Source: Pseudomonadota bacterium (GTDB lineage Bacteria > Pseudomonadota > Gammaproteobacteria > JAKAQQ01). Taken from it: 35,656 nucleotides of DNA. A program made the translations under genes and the position numbers. The stretch covers positions 1-35,656 of the forward strand of contig DAHVLZ010000045.1 of the NCBI GenBank assembly GCA_027320085.1. Reading direction: 5' to 3'. The notes beneath the pieces are model-generated. The model was not told where the DNA came from, made no database searches, and saw only the letters and a list, made by a program, of their open reading frames with translations. Positions 26,279 through 35,656 of this stretch are shown piece after piece; position 1 is the first letter of the stretch, and each line of letters opens with the position of its first letter.

Positions 26279-26983
26279 ATGAGCAGCACGCAACCTCCCG
26301 CCATTCAGATGACCGAGGTCAGCAAACACTACCGGCGCGGCGATGAGACCGTCCAGGTACTCGATCATTTCACGCTGACCGTGGAACCCGAGGCCTTCGT
26401 GGCCCTGATGGCACCCTCCGGTTCCGGCAAATCGACCCTGCTCAATCTGGTGGGTGGGCTCGACCGGCCCGACTCGGGCGGGATCGTGGTCGCCGGGATC
26501 GACCTGGCCAGCCTGAACGAGGCGGCGCTCACCCGCTGGCGTGCGCGGAACCTGGGGTTCATCTTTCAGCTCTATTACCTGATCCCGGTCCTGTCTGCCG
26601 CCCGCAATGTCGAACTCCCCCTCCTGCTTCTGCCCCTGAGCCGGGAGGAGCGCCATCGCCGTGTGGAGGCAGCGCTGACCCTGGCGGGGCTACCCCCGGA
26701 ACGGCACCGTTTCCGGCCGACCGAACTCTCCGGCGGACAGCAACAGCGGGTGGCCATCGCCCGGGCCATCGTGACCGACCCCCCCCTGCTTCTCTGCGAT
26801 GAGCCGACCGGCGACCTCGACCGCAGTGCCGGGGACGAGATCCTGAACCTCCTCAAAACCCTGAACGAGCGGCTCAGAAAGACCATCGTCATGGTGACCC
26901 ACGATCCCCATGCCGCAACCTTTGCCACCCGCCGGATCGACCTCGACAAGGGTCTCGTCGGCGAACGGCGTCCGGCGGCATGA
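26279..26983 (+). CDS. ABC ATP-binding protein, LolD/MacB-type
   Basis: APSGSGKST, GFIFQ, LSGGQQQRVAIARA, CDEPTGDLD and VTHD. Confidence 0.92.
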   Translation: MSSTQPPAIQMTEVSKHYRRGDETVQVLDHFTLTVEPEAFVALMAPSGSGKSTLLNLVGGLDRPDSGGIVVAGIDLASLNEAALTRWRARNLGFIFQLYYLIPVLSAARNVELPLLLLPLSREERHRRVEAALTLAGLPPERHRFRPTELSGGQQQRVAIARAIVTDPPLLLCDEPTGDLDRSAGDEILNLLKTLNERLRKTIVMVTHDPHAATFATRRIDLDKGLVGERRPAA

Positions 26984-28146
26984 AGTCCCCCCTCCGTTTC
27001 AGTCCGCTCGTCCTCTCGGCCCTCCGCCGCCACCGGCTGCGGACCTGGCTCACGATGCTGTCGGTGCTCATTGCCTTCCTGCTCTTCGGGCTGCTCCAGG
27101 CCCTCAACCACGCCTTCTACGGCGGGGTCAAAAGCGCGGGCCGGCGGATTCTGGTCTCGATGAGCGCCGAGTCGCTGGTCGAGCCGCTTCCCCGGGCCTA
27201 TGCCACCGAAATCGCCGCCATGAAGCATATCGATCGGGTGGCCTACGAGGTCTGGATGGGTGGCTATTACCAGCACCACAGCCAGATCCTCTACGCGCTC
27301 GCGGTCTCGCCGCGGCGCTGGCTGGACGAGGAACGCCGATTCCTCCTCCTTCCCCCCCGGCAGGAATCGGCCTGGCTCAAGGACCGGTCGGGCGCCCTGG
27401 TCGGTAACCTGGTGGCCCGGACCTACCACTGGAAGACGGGCGAGATCGTACCCATACGCTCCGACATCTGGATCCATCCGAACGGACACAATACCTGGCC
27501 GGTCCGGGTCGACGGTATCTTCCATTCCACGAAGAAAGCCTTGGGCGAAGGCATCCTCGTCCACTACCGCTACTGGAATGACGGCATGGGCGACCCCAAC
27601 GATGTCAGTCTGCTCCGGGTCGAGGTCTCCCATCTCCGGGATCTCGGACAGGTGGCGCGGGCCATCGACGCCCGTTTCGCGAACTCTCCCTCTCCGACCC
27701 GCACCTCGAGCGCCCAGACCTTCATCAAGGACTTCATCAACCAGACCGTGGATATCGGCGTCATCGTCGAAGACATCCTGGCCGCGGTCTTCTTCACCAT
27801 GCTGCTCGTCACGGCCAATACCCTGACGCGCTCGGTCCGGGAACGGAGCGGTGAGATCGCGGTCCTCCACACCCAGGGCTACTCCCGGCCGCTCATCTTC
27901 GCCCTGATCCTGGCCGAAGCCCTGGTTCTGGTCTTGGCCGGCGCACTCGCCGGAACGGGCCTCGCGGCCCTGATCGTCCAGGGCCTCCGGGGCGCGCTTT
28001 CTGCCTATCTCCCCTATCTGGCTCTCACGGAGCGGGCCATCCTCGAGGCCGTGGGCCTGGCGCTCGCCTTTGCCGCCCTGTCCTCCCTGCTCCCCGTCCT
28101 CCAGGTCCAAAGGCTCCGGACGGTCGACGCCTTGAGGCGGGCTTAG
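26980..28146 (+). CDS. ABC permease, MacB/FtsX-type
   Basis: R.RLRTWLT plus TM, a periplasmic domain, SVRERSGEIAVL..GY and 3 C-terminal TMs. ATGA overlap with the ATPase. Confidence 0.88.
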   Translation: MKSPLRFSPLVLSALRRHRLRTWLTMLSVLIAFLLFGLLQALNHAFYGGVKSAGRRILVSMSAESLVEPLPRAYATEIAAMKHIDRVAYEVWMGGYYQHHSQILYALAVSPRRWLDEERRFLLLPPRQESAWLKDRSGALVGNLVARTYHWKTGEIVPIRSDIWIHPNGHNTWPVRVDGIFHSTKKALGEGILVHYRYWNDGMGDPNDVSLLRVEVSHLRDLGQVARAIDARFANSPSPTRTSSAQTFIKDFINQTVDIGVIVEDILAAVFFTMLLVTANTLTRSVRERSGEIAVLHTQGYSRPLIFALILAEALVLVLAGALAGTGLAALIVQGLRGALSAYLPYLALTERAILEAVGLALAFAALSSLLPVLQVQRLRTVDALRRA

Positions 28147-28149
28147 GCC

Positions 28150-29331
28150 ATGCGTTTTTTACGCGAGACCTGGGTACTGCTCGGGATCGGCATCAAAAGC
28201 CTGCCGCGGCGACTGGACGTGGTCCTGGTCGCGGTGGCCGGGTTCGCCGGCGTGGTTCTCGTCCTCGTGGCCGTGTTGTCGATCGGTGAGGGTTTCGAGC
28301 AGACCTTGACGGCGACCGGCGTCCCCGACGTCGCCCTGGTGCTGCGGAAGGGAACCGGGGCTGAGCTCTCGAGCAATCTCACCTTGAACGACACGGAAGT
28401 GATCGGAGGCGAGCCCGGAGTTGCCATGGGTCCCCACGGCCCCCTGGTCTCGCCCGAGCTTCTGGTGGTGATCAACCGTCGCAAACGGGGAAGCCGGGTG
28501 GAAACGAACGTGCCCTTCAGGGGCGTGGAGCCCGTCGCCTTCGTCCTTCACCCGCACGTTCATCTTGTGGCCGGCCGGCTTTTCCGCCCCGGGCTCAACG
28601 AGGTGATCGTGGGCCGGAGTGCGTCACAGAGTTTCGCGGGATTGGCCCTCGGCGACCATTTCAGGAGCGGTCACCTGCTCTGGCACGTGGTCGGGGTCTT
28701 CAGTGACGACGGCGGGGTCCATAGTTCCGAGATCTGGACCGACCTTCCGACCCTCGAGGGCGCCTACCAGCGCGGAGACAACTACAGCGCGCTCTATGTC
28801 CGCCTTCCCCAAAAGGCCGACTATGCCCACTTCCGCGCCGCGGTCGAGCATGATCCCCGGCTCAATGTCCGGGTCGAACCCGAAATGAGCTATTTTGCCA
28901 AACAGGCTAAAACGCTCTCCACCTTCATCAATGTCGCGGGCAGCATCCTCCTGGTCCTGATGGGCCTGGGGGCCATCTTCGCGGCGCTCAACACCATGTA
29001 CGCGGTCGTGGCGGACCGCAGCCGGGAGATTGCGACCCTCCGCATCCTGGGCTATGCCCGGCTTCCGGTTCTCGTGGCCGTGCTTTTGGAAAGCCTCCTC
29101 TTTGCCGCAATTGGTGGCCTGGCCGGCGCCCTCCTGGCCTATCTCGGTTTCAATGGCTATGAAGCTTCGACCCTGGCCAACTTCTCCCAGATCGTCTTCC
29201 ATTTCCGGGTGGGCCCAGGTCTCATGGGCGCCGGCATCACCGATGCCTTGATCCTGGGCCTCCTGGGCGGGATCGCCCCGGCCCTGAGGGCCGCCCGGCG
29301 GCCACCCGCGGAGGCGGTGAGAACCCTGTGA
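28150..29331 (+). CDS. ABC permease, MacB/FtsX-type (second)
   Basis: TM, then GRLFRPGLNEVIVG, NTMYAVVADRSREIATLRILG and PALRAAR. Confidence 0.88.
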   Translation: MRFLRETWVLLGIGIKSLPRRLDVVLVAVAGFAGVVLVLVAVLSIGEGFEQTLTATGVPDVALVLRKGTGAELSSNLTLNDTEVIGGEPGVAMGPHGPLVSPELLVVINRRKRGSRVETNVPFRGVEPVAFVLHPHVHLVAGRLFRPGLNEVIVGRSASQSFAGLALGDHFRSGHLLWHVVGVFSDDGGVHSSEIWTDLPTLEGAYQRGDNYSALYVRLPQKADYAHFRAAVEHDPRLNVRVEPEMSYFAKQAKTLSTFINVAGSILLVLMGLGAIFAALNTMYAVVADRSREIATLRILGYARLPVLVAVLLESLLFAAIGGLAGALLAYLGFNGYEASTLANFSQIVFHFRVGPGLMGAGITDALILGLLGGIAPALRAARRPPAEAVRTL

Positions 29332-30911
29332 GCACGCCGACCGCCCGATTTCCGGTGAGCGTCAGCGATGAGGAGATGCTCCAGCGCAAGTACGACTACT
29401 TCCTCCCCCGCATGGTGGTTCCCCAGCTGTCGGTTCTCGCCATCGGCCTGCTCGAGGGTCTTTTGGTCTGGAACCTCACGCCGATCACCCGATATCTCTG
29501 GTGGCTCGCCCTCCTCGTCCTGGTCACCGGTTACCGCTTCTCGCTGATCTACCGCTATCGCCACCAGACACCCGGTGATCGCCGGCCCGCCATTTTCTGG
29601 TATCGACGACTGTTGGCCGGGACGTTCGCCAGCGGACTGGTGATTTCCCTGGCTTGGTGGCTCACCTGGCCGCACATCCACCGGTTTGTGGGCTTTACCA
29701 ATCTCCTCATCCTGCTCGGCCTGATCACGGGAGCTTCAAGTGCCGACTTCTGGATGAAGTGGGGACTCCGCCTCTTCATCGCCCCGATCCTCGTGAGCCT
29801 TGAACTCGTCTTCTTCCTGCGTGTGATCCCCCACATCTGGATCGATACCGCGCTCCTCCTTCTGTTCGCCGTCGGCCTCGACTGGGTGGCCCGTTTTACC
29901 GATAACGGCTACTGCCAGAACCTCCTGCTCACCCTCCAAACCGAGAAGATCACGGAGGAGCTGAACGAAACCAACCGCCTGCTCGAGACCGAACTCGGTC
30001 TCCGCCAAGCGGCCGAGCAGCGCATGCGGAACAACGAACACGAACTGACGGTCCTCTTCGACTCCATTCCCCTGTTCCTCGCCTATGTGACTCCGGATCT
30101 GCACTTCCGGCGGGTCAACCGGACACTGGCCGATCACTTCGGGGATCCGGAGACGTGGACCCGGGAACCCAACCCGATTGAGCTCTTCGGTGCCGAGCAG
30201 TACGCCCGGCTCGAGCCCAATTTCCAGCGCGTGGTCCAGGGCGGGACGGTCCATGCCGCGCCGGTCACGCTCACCGGACACAAGTTCGAGGAGCGGCATT
30301 TTCTGGCCCATTGCATCCCGGTCGATCCGGAACATGTCCCGACCGAGTTCATTCTCGTCCTCACGGACGTGACCAGCCTCAAGACCTCCGAGCTGCGCCT
30401 GCGGGAGCAAGCCCACAAGGATCCGCTCACCGGGCTCGGCAACCGGCGTTTCTTCACTCTCCTGTTCGAGGAAGTGTGCCGGAACAGCGACACCGTCCAT
30501 CCCAACACGCTTTTGTTTCTCGACCTCGATGGTTTCAAGGCCGTCAACGACCAGGTCGGCCACGCGGCCGGAGACACCATCCTTCTGACACTCGCCGAAT
30601 TCCTCGTGCAGTCGGTCCGGAAGACCGACCGCGTCTTCCGCCTCGGTGGGGATGAACTCGCGATCCTGCTGGACGGGGCCCGATCCACCACCGCGGAACG
30701 CATCGTCCACACCATCCTTGCGCGATCAAGCGAAATCCTGAACCGGCTGGCAGCCTCGGCCGTCCCGCTGACCCTCAGCATCGGTGCCATCGTGATCGAT
30801 GAGCCGGGGCTTCCCGCTGAACGGTGGATGGAAGCGGCCGACCAGGCCCTCTACAGTGCCAAGCGGCTTGGGGGCAACCGCTGCGTCTGGAGCACGGGGC
30901 CGGTGGACTGA
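29328..30911 (+). CDS. Membrane-bound PAS-GGDEF diguanylate cyclase
   Basis: GTGA overlap with the permease stop. About 6-7 TMs, a coiled coil, a PAS-like region, DPLTGLGNRR, DLDGFKAVNDQVGHAAGD, I-site RKTD, RLGGDEL and ADQALYSAK..G.N. Confidence 0.9.
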   Translation: MSTPTARFPVSVSDEEMLQRKYDYFLPRMVVPQLSVLAIGLLEGLLVWNLTPITRYLWWLALLVLVTGYRFSLIYRYRHQTPGDRRPAIFWYRRLLAGTFASGLVISLAWWLTWPHIHRFVGFTNLLILLGLITGASSADFWMKWGLRLFIAPILVSLELVFFLRVIPHIWIDTALLLLFAVGLDWVARFTDNGYCQNLLLTLQTEKITEELNETNRLLETELGLRQAAEQRMRNNEHELTVLFDSIPLFLAYVTPDLHFRRVNRTLADHFGDPETWTREPNPIELFGAEQYARLEPNFQRVVQGGTVHAAPVTLTGHKFEERHFLAHCIPVDPEHVPTEFILVLTDVTSLKTSELRLREQAHKDPLTGLGNRRFFTLLFEEVCRNSDTVHPNTLLFLDLDGFKAVNDQVGHAAGDTILLTLAEFLVQSVRKTDRVFRLGGDELAILLDGARSTTAERIVHTILARSSEILNRLAASAVPLTLSIGAIVIDEPGLPAERWMEAADQALYSAKRLGGNRCVWSTGPVD

Positions 30912-31000
30912 GCCGGTCGACTCCGGGGCGGTCCGGGGTTATCATCTGGTGGACGCGTGCGGGAGCTGGCCTCCCGCCGATGGTTATCCCGCTTCCGGAG

Positions 31001-34000
31001 ATGCCCGTGCCAAACCCGAACGCCTCCGCCCCGCTCTCACCGATCCGGAGCCCACGGGCCTTCCTGTGCGTGCTCTTTCTCCTCCTCGGGCCGGCCTTGG
31101 CCACCGTCCAGGCCGCTCCTCTTATGCCCCCGATCCTCTACAACCGCCTGCGCTGGCGTTTCGTCGGCCCCTATCGAGGAGGCTGGGTCACCACCGTGGC
31201 CGGCATCCCCGGACGACGCAACACCTACTACATCGGCACGGCCGATGGCGGCCTGTTCGTGACCCACGACAGCGGACGGACCTGGCAGCCTCTCTTCCAG
31301 CACGAACCGGTTTCCTCGATCGGAGCCATCGCCGTGGCGCCCTCCGACCCCCGGATCCTCTACGCCGGGACCGGCCAGTCGGGGCTTCGTTCCGACATGT
31401 CTTTTGGTGATGGCCTCTACCGCTCGGACAATGGCGGGCGCAGCTGGAAGTGGATCGGCCTCAAGTCGAGCCAGCACATTGCGGATATTTCCGTGGCCCC
31501 CCACCACCCGAATCGGGTTCTGGTCGCGGTTTTGGGCCATGCCTTTGGCCCCAACCGGGAACGGGGAGTCTTCCTGACCACGAATGGGGGGCGCACATGG
31601 GAAAAAACCCTCTACGTGAACCCAAACCTCGGCGCCATTGACCTGACCCGCGATCCATCCCGTCCGAATCTCGTCTACGCCGCACTCTGGAACTTCCGCT
31701 TCCCGTTCTACGGCCATTATGGCGTCTTGAACGGACCCGGTGGCGGAATCTGGCGTTCCGACAACGGCGGGATGACCTGGAAACGACTCGCCGACCACGG
31801 GCTGCCGCAGAAGGGGCTCGGTCGCATCGGTCTCGCAATCGTTCCGGGCTCCAAGGGCCGGGAGCTTTATGCCTTGGTCGGCGCCCGTCGGGGCGGGCTC
31901 TTTCGCTCGATCGACGGCGGCCGTCGCTGGACGGTCGTCAACCGCGATCCCCGGCTCTGGGGCGGCGACTGGTACTTTGGCGAAATCAACACGGATCCCG
32001 GCCATCCGGACACCCTCTTCATCATGAATACCGCTTTCTACGAGTCGACCGACGGCGGTCGACATTTCGTCTCCATCAAAGGGTCGCCGAGCGGGGATGA
32101 CTTTCACACCCTGTGGATCGACCCCCAAAACCCGCATCGGATGATCGTGGGGGCCGATCAGGGCGCGTCAATCAGCGTGGATGGCGGACGGACATGGACC
32201 TCCTGGTACAACCAGCCGACCGCCCAGATCTACCATGTGGCCACGGACAACCGCTTCCCCTTCCGGATTTACGGGACCCAGCAGGACTCCGGGAGTATCG
32301 GCATCCGCAGCCGCGATTTCCGCGGCTTCATCGGCAACCATTCCTGGTATTCGACAGCCGGAGGCGAGGCCGGGTATGTGCTGCCCGACCCCGCGAACCC
32401 CGACATCATCTACGGGTCGAGCATCGTGGGAAGCATCTCCCGTGACAACCTCTATACCCACGAGTCCGTGAACATCTCGCCCTGGCCGGTACCGGCCTAC
32501 GGGGTTCCCCCCTGGCGTCTGCGCTACCGCTTTCCCTTCAATACGGCACTCGCCCTCTCCCCCCGCAACCCGGACGTGCTCTATGCCGGAGCCCAGGTGA
32601 TTTTCCGCTCGTCCGATCAGGGACAGAGCTGGCGGGTGATCAGCCCGGATCTGGCCCGGACCCGGCGACCGGCCCGGCTGCCACACCATGCGGTGCCGGT
32701 CAGCCTCAAGAACGCCACCGCCTTGGGTTACGGGGTGGTCTACACGATCGATCCCTCCCCCATCCGCAAGGGCGAGATCTGGGCGGGGACCACGAATGGA
32801 CGGGTGTGGGTCACCCGGGACAGCGGCCGGAACTGGCGAAACGTGACTCCGGCGGGGCTTCCGGCCTGGACGCGGATCGAAAACATCGCCCCCTCCCCCT
32901 TCAATCCCGCCGTGGCGTACCTCGCAGCCAATCGCCACCGGCTCGATGATTTCCGGCCCTTCCTCTACATGACCCGGGATTTCGGCCGTCACTGGAAGCG
33001 CATCACGCAGGGGATCCAGGCCCCGGCCTACCTCCACGTCATCCGACCGGACCCGGTCCGCCGGGGGCTGCTCTACGCCGGCACCGAAACCGGCTTTTAC
33101 CTCTCCTTTGACAATGGCCGCCACTGGCAACCCTTCCAGGAGAACCTGCCCACCGTTTCCGTCCGTGACATCGCGATCCACGGTCACGCGCTCGTGATTG
33201 CCACCCACGGACGGGGGTTCTGGATGATTGATGATCTGGCCCCCCTGCGCGAGATCCGGCCGGACTGGGTCCATCGACCGCTCGTCCTCGAAAAACCGGC
33301 GCCTGCCTACCGGCTCCGCCGCACTCTCTACCGCGACGAGCCTTTCCCGCCGGAGACCCCCCATGCCCGAAACCCGGCAACCGGGGTTGAGATCTATTAC
33401 TTCCTCGGCCGCAAACCGACCGCTCCCCTCGAGCTCACGATCCGGACCCTCGATGGGAAACTCATCCGTCGCTACACAAGCACCATGCACTTTCCCGCCC
33501 CGCCACCCGCGCCCTTTCCCAAGCTCTGGATCGAGCGGCAGAAAGCTCCCACCATCCGGGTCGGCCTGAACCGCTTCGTCTGGCACTTGAGGGCAACCCC
33601 ACCTGCAGCCATCCGGCACGGTTACCAGGGGCCCGGGCTCTACCACAACACGCCGATCACCCCGCGCGGGCCCATCGTCCCCCCCGGGCGGTACCGACTG
33701 TCCATCCGCATCGGTCGCCTCCATGCCACCACCCGTTTTTTGCTGCTCGCGGACCCGCGCGTCCATCTCGGGGCGGCAGGCTACGCGACCCAGTACCGGA
33801 TCGCCCGACGGCTGGCCCATGATCTCACCCAGGACACCCGGACGTTCCGGGCGGCCGAAGGCCGGCTCCATGCGCTCGCCGCGCACGGGGCGCCGGTCAA
33901 GACACGCTCCGTCCTGCAGCACATCATCCGGCAGCTTGCCGTGTTGAACGGCGAGTTCGGCTTCCTCATGGGAACCATCGAAGGAACGGATGCAGTTCCG

Positions 34001-34078
34001 ACCCAGCCGGAAATCCAGGAGATGAAAAACTCCGAGGCCCGGCTGGAGAAGGCCCGGGCAGCACTGCGCCGGATCTGA
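31001..34078 (+). CDS. Second secreted VPS10/BNR repeat beta-propeller protein (putative glycosyl hydrolase)
   Basis: Signal peptide (..RAFLCVLFLLLGPALATVQA), LRWRFVGPYRGG, about 11 Asp-box repeats, SGDDFHTLWIDP, ATHGRGFWMIDD and GLNRFVWHLR. The start is uncertain (30980, 31001 or 31007). Confidence 0.85.
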   Translation: MPVPNPNASAPLSPIRSPRAFLCVLFLLLGPALATVQAAPLMPPILYNRLRWRFVGPYRGGWVTTVAGIPGRRNTYYIGTADGGLFVTHDSGRTWQPLFQHEPVSSIGAIAVAPSDPRILYAGTGQSGLRSDMSFGDGLYRSDNGGRSWKWIGLKSSQHIADISVAPHHPNRVLVAVLGHAFGPNRERGVFLTTNGGRTWEKTLYVNPNLGAIDLTRDPSRPNLVYAALWNFRFPFYGHYGVLNGPGGGIWRSDNGGMTWKRLADHGLPQKGLGRIGLAIVPGSKGRELYALVGARRGGLFRSIDGGRRWTVVNRDPRLWGGDWYFGEINTDPGHPDTLFIMNTAFYESTDGGRHFVSIKGSPSGDDFHTLWIDPQNPHRMIVGADQGASISVDGGRTWTSWYNQPTAQIYHVATDNRFPFRIYGTQQDSGSIGIRSRDFRGFIGNHSWYSTAGGEAGYVLPDPANPDIIYGSSIVGSISRDNLYTHESVNISPWPVPAYGVPPWRLRYRFPFNTALALSPRNPDVLYAGAQVIFRSSDQGQSWRVISPDLARTRRPARLPHHAVPVSLKNATALGYGVVYTIDPSPIRKGEIWAGTTNGRVWVTRDSGRNWRNVTPAGLPAWTRIENIAPSPFNPAVAYLAANRHRLDDFRPFLYMTRDFGRHWKRITQGIQAPAYLHVIRPDPVRRGLLYAGTETGFYLSFDNGRHWQPFQENLPTVSVRDIAIHGHALVIATHGRGFWMIDDLAPLREIRPDWVHRPLVLEKPAPAYRLRRTLYRDEPFPPETPHARNPATGVEIYYFLGRKPTAPLELTIRTLDGKLIRRYTSTMHFPAPPPAPFPKLWIERQKAPTIRVGLNRFVWHLRATPPAAIRHGYQGPGLYHNTPITPRGPIVPPGRYRLSIRIGRLHATTRFLLLADPRVHLGAAGYATQYRIARRLAHDLTQDTRTFRAAEGRLHALAAHGAPVKTRSVLQHIIRQLAVLNGEFGFLMGTIEGTDAVPTQPEIQEMKNSEARLEKARAALRRI

Positions 34079-34085
34079 AACGGTC

Positions 34086-34120
34086 CCCCGCGACGGGAGC
34101 GAAAAGATCCCGGTGCGGGG
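34086..34120. terminator. Imperfect hairpin between convergent genes
   Basis: CCCCGC..CGGGA-loop-TCCCG..GCGGGG. No U-tract. Confidence 0.35.
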
Positions 34121-34138
34121 AGTGGGCCGGCCTGCGAG

Positions 34139-34813
34139 CTAGGGGTCGGCGGGCGTGCGCTTGCGGACGAGCGTCACCCCATCCCCGATGGGAACCAGGG
34201 TCAAATCGACTCGCCGATCCCCCAAGAGCGCGGCGTTGAGTTCCCGGATCGCCCGGGTGTCCTCCGTCTCATCCGTGGGATTGGCAACCGCGCCCCCCCA
34301 AAGGACATTGTCGATGGCGATCAGCCCCCCCGGGCGAAGAAGGGTCAACGACGCCTCGTAGTAATGACGGTAATTGGCCTTGTCGGCATCGATGAATACC
34401 CAGTCATAGCACCCGGCCTCTGACCGGAGGAGTGCAGCGAGCTGGTCCCGGGCCTTCCCCAGCCGGAGATCGATCCGGTCTTCCACACCGGCCGCCCGCC
34501 AGTAGCGACGGGCCACGGCCGTATACTCTTCGTTCACATCGAGCGCCGTGAGCCGCCCATCCGCCGGAAGGGCCAAGGCGACCGCCAGGCTGCTGTAGCC
34601 GGTGAAGACGCCGATTTCGAGACAGCGCCGGGCTCCAATCAGACGAACCAGGAAAGCCAGGAACTGGCCCTCTTCCGGCGCGATCTGCATGGCATGGCGG
34701 GGATGACGGGCGGTTTCCTCACGCAGCGCCCGGAGCAGCTCTCCCTCGCGCAGCGACTGATTCCTGAGGTAGCGGTAGAGCTCGGGGGTGAGCGCGAGGG
34801 TCTCGTTACTCAT
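34139..34813 (-). CDS. Class I SAM-dependent O-methyltransferase (caffeoyl-CoA OMT / Methyltransf_3 family)
   Basis: MQIAPEEGQFL, LEIGVFTGYS, FIDADKANY, DNVLWGG and VPIGDG. GAGGAG RBS. Confidence 0.93.
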   Translation of the reverse strand: MSNETLALTPELYRYLRNQSLREGELLRALREETARHPRHAMQIAPEEGQFLAFLVRLIGARRCLEIGVFTGYSSLAVALALPADGRLTALDVNEEYTAVARRYWRAAGVEDRIDLRLGKARDQLAALLRSEAGCYDWVFIDADKANYRHYYEASLTLLRPGGLIAIDNVLWGGAVANPTDETEDTRAIRELNAALLGDRRVDLTLVPIGDGVTLVRKRTPADP

Positions 34814-34934
34814 GCCGCCAGATCTCCTCTTGCGGATCGCCTCGGCTGGGGTTCACACCTGACTCGGCACCCGGGCTCGCGGGCGCGGGTTACTCGCCTC
34901 CGGACCCGCCACCCGAAAGGCTGTGATCGGGAAG

Positions 34935-35414
34935 CTAATGGCAGGCGCCCACCCATCTCCCGGTTCCCCGGATGAGGGTAGCAAACCGCATCGAGGTCGC
35001 ACCCGAGATCCGGGTCATGATGTGCCCGTTCAGTGATACTGAAAGATGATCCGGCGCGACGACAAGCACGTAGCGGCCCCGGGTCGAGGTCTCGACCGGT
35101 CCAGTGGACTGCCTGCAGGCGAAGGTATAGATCATGCTGCCACCCGGACCGCTGGTTGCGTGTTCATGGCGAAAGCACGCCCCTGCCGGTCCGGATTTTA
35201 CCCGCAGGAGATCACTCTCCGATGCGGTTCGCGCACAGTGCGCCGAACTAAACATATGGGTTCCCATCGAACTAGATTCGCGAAAGGTCCACTTCCAAAG
35301 TCCCGGCTTGATCGCGACCGGTTTCGCCCAGGCGGGTCCGGATATTCCGATCGCCACAATTCCGTACAGCGCACAGCCCCAGGCAGCGCGCATTGCAAAG
35401 CTCTTCTTCATCAT
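34935..35414 (-). CDS. Secreted DUF3617-like protein
   Basis: GGAG RBS before ATG 35414. Signal peptide ending PAWA, then KPGLWK, four spaced cysteines and a C-terminal GRWVGAC. Confidence 0.65.
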   Translation of the reverse strand: MMKKSFAMRAAWGCALYGIVAIGISGPAWAKPVAIKPGLWKWTFRESSSMGTHMFSSAHCARTASESDLLRVKSGPAGACFRHEHATSGPGGSMIYTFACRQSTGPVETSTRGRYVLVVAPDHLSVSLNGHIMTRISGATSMRFATLIRGTGRWVGACH

Positions 35415-35656
35415 TACGTGATCTCCGTTGGAACCCTGAGGGCCGAGCTGGCCCTCCGCGGAAAAACTGTACCAGAAAGGGAATATGTCCACAACACGAT
35501 GCCTTCGTCCACTCCCTTGGGCAGTTGGGGTGAAGTGGATGGAGCCTGTCTCCCTCCGGGAGAAAGCAGACCGGGACGAGGGGGTGTCGCAGGTGAGGAA
35601 GCACTGGATCTGGCGCCGCTGTTGCATACCCTGCAGCGTCATCGCCCCAAGAGGCC

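Noticed and set aside
34814-34934. SAM/SAH riboswitch upstream of the O-methyltransferase
   Set aside because: No recognisable SAM-I, SAM-II or SAH consensus elements, only generic GC-rich pairing.
35415-35642. N-terminal extension of the DUF3617-like ORF given in the ORF track
   Set aside because: The RBS and signal peptide point to ATG 35414/35411, and the extension does not look protein-like.

Overview
A 35.7-kb GC-rich bacterial window, probably Gammaproteobacteria-like. The basic secreted proteins hint at an acidophile, but that is inference. Left to right it holds: a 5'-truncated DUF2075/Schlafen-group-3-like helicase; a secreted VPS10/BNR beta-propeller protein; a six-gene hyfB-C-E-F-G-I-like membrane complex whose large subunit lacks all Ni-binding cysteines (an Ehr complex, not a true hydrogenase), with a divergent ribbon-helix-helix regulator; a TAP-like alpha/beta hydrolase + NatAB-like ABC operon; a lower-GC GH26 lipoprotein islet with IHF-like sites next to the 3' end of tRNA-Ala(CGC); a co-oriented kdpD-kdpE / SDR / ferritin-like diiron run with no kdpFABC in the window; a MacAB-like ABC system (adaptor, ATPase, two permeases) translationally coupled to a membrane PAS-GGDEF diguanylate cyclase; a second VPS10/BNR paralog; a class I O-methyltransferase; and a DUF3617-like secreted protein. 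I found no CRISPR array, rRNA, integrase or transposase. All family calls come from recognising motifs by eye, not from database searches.
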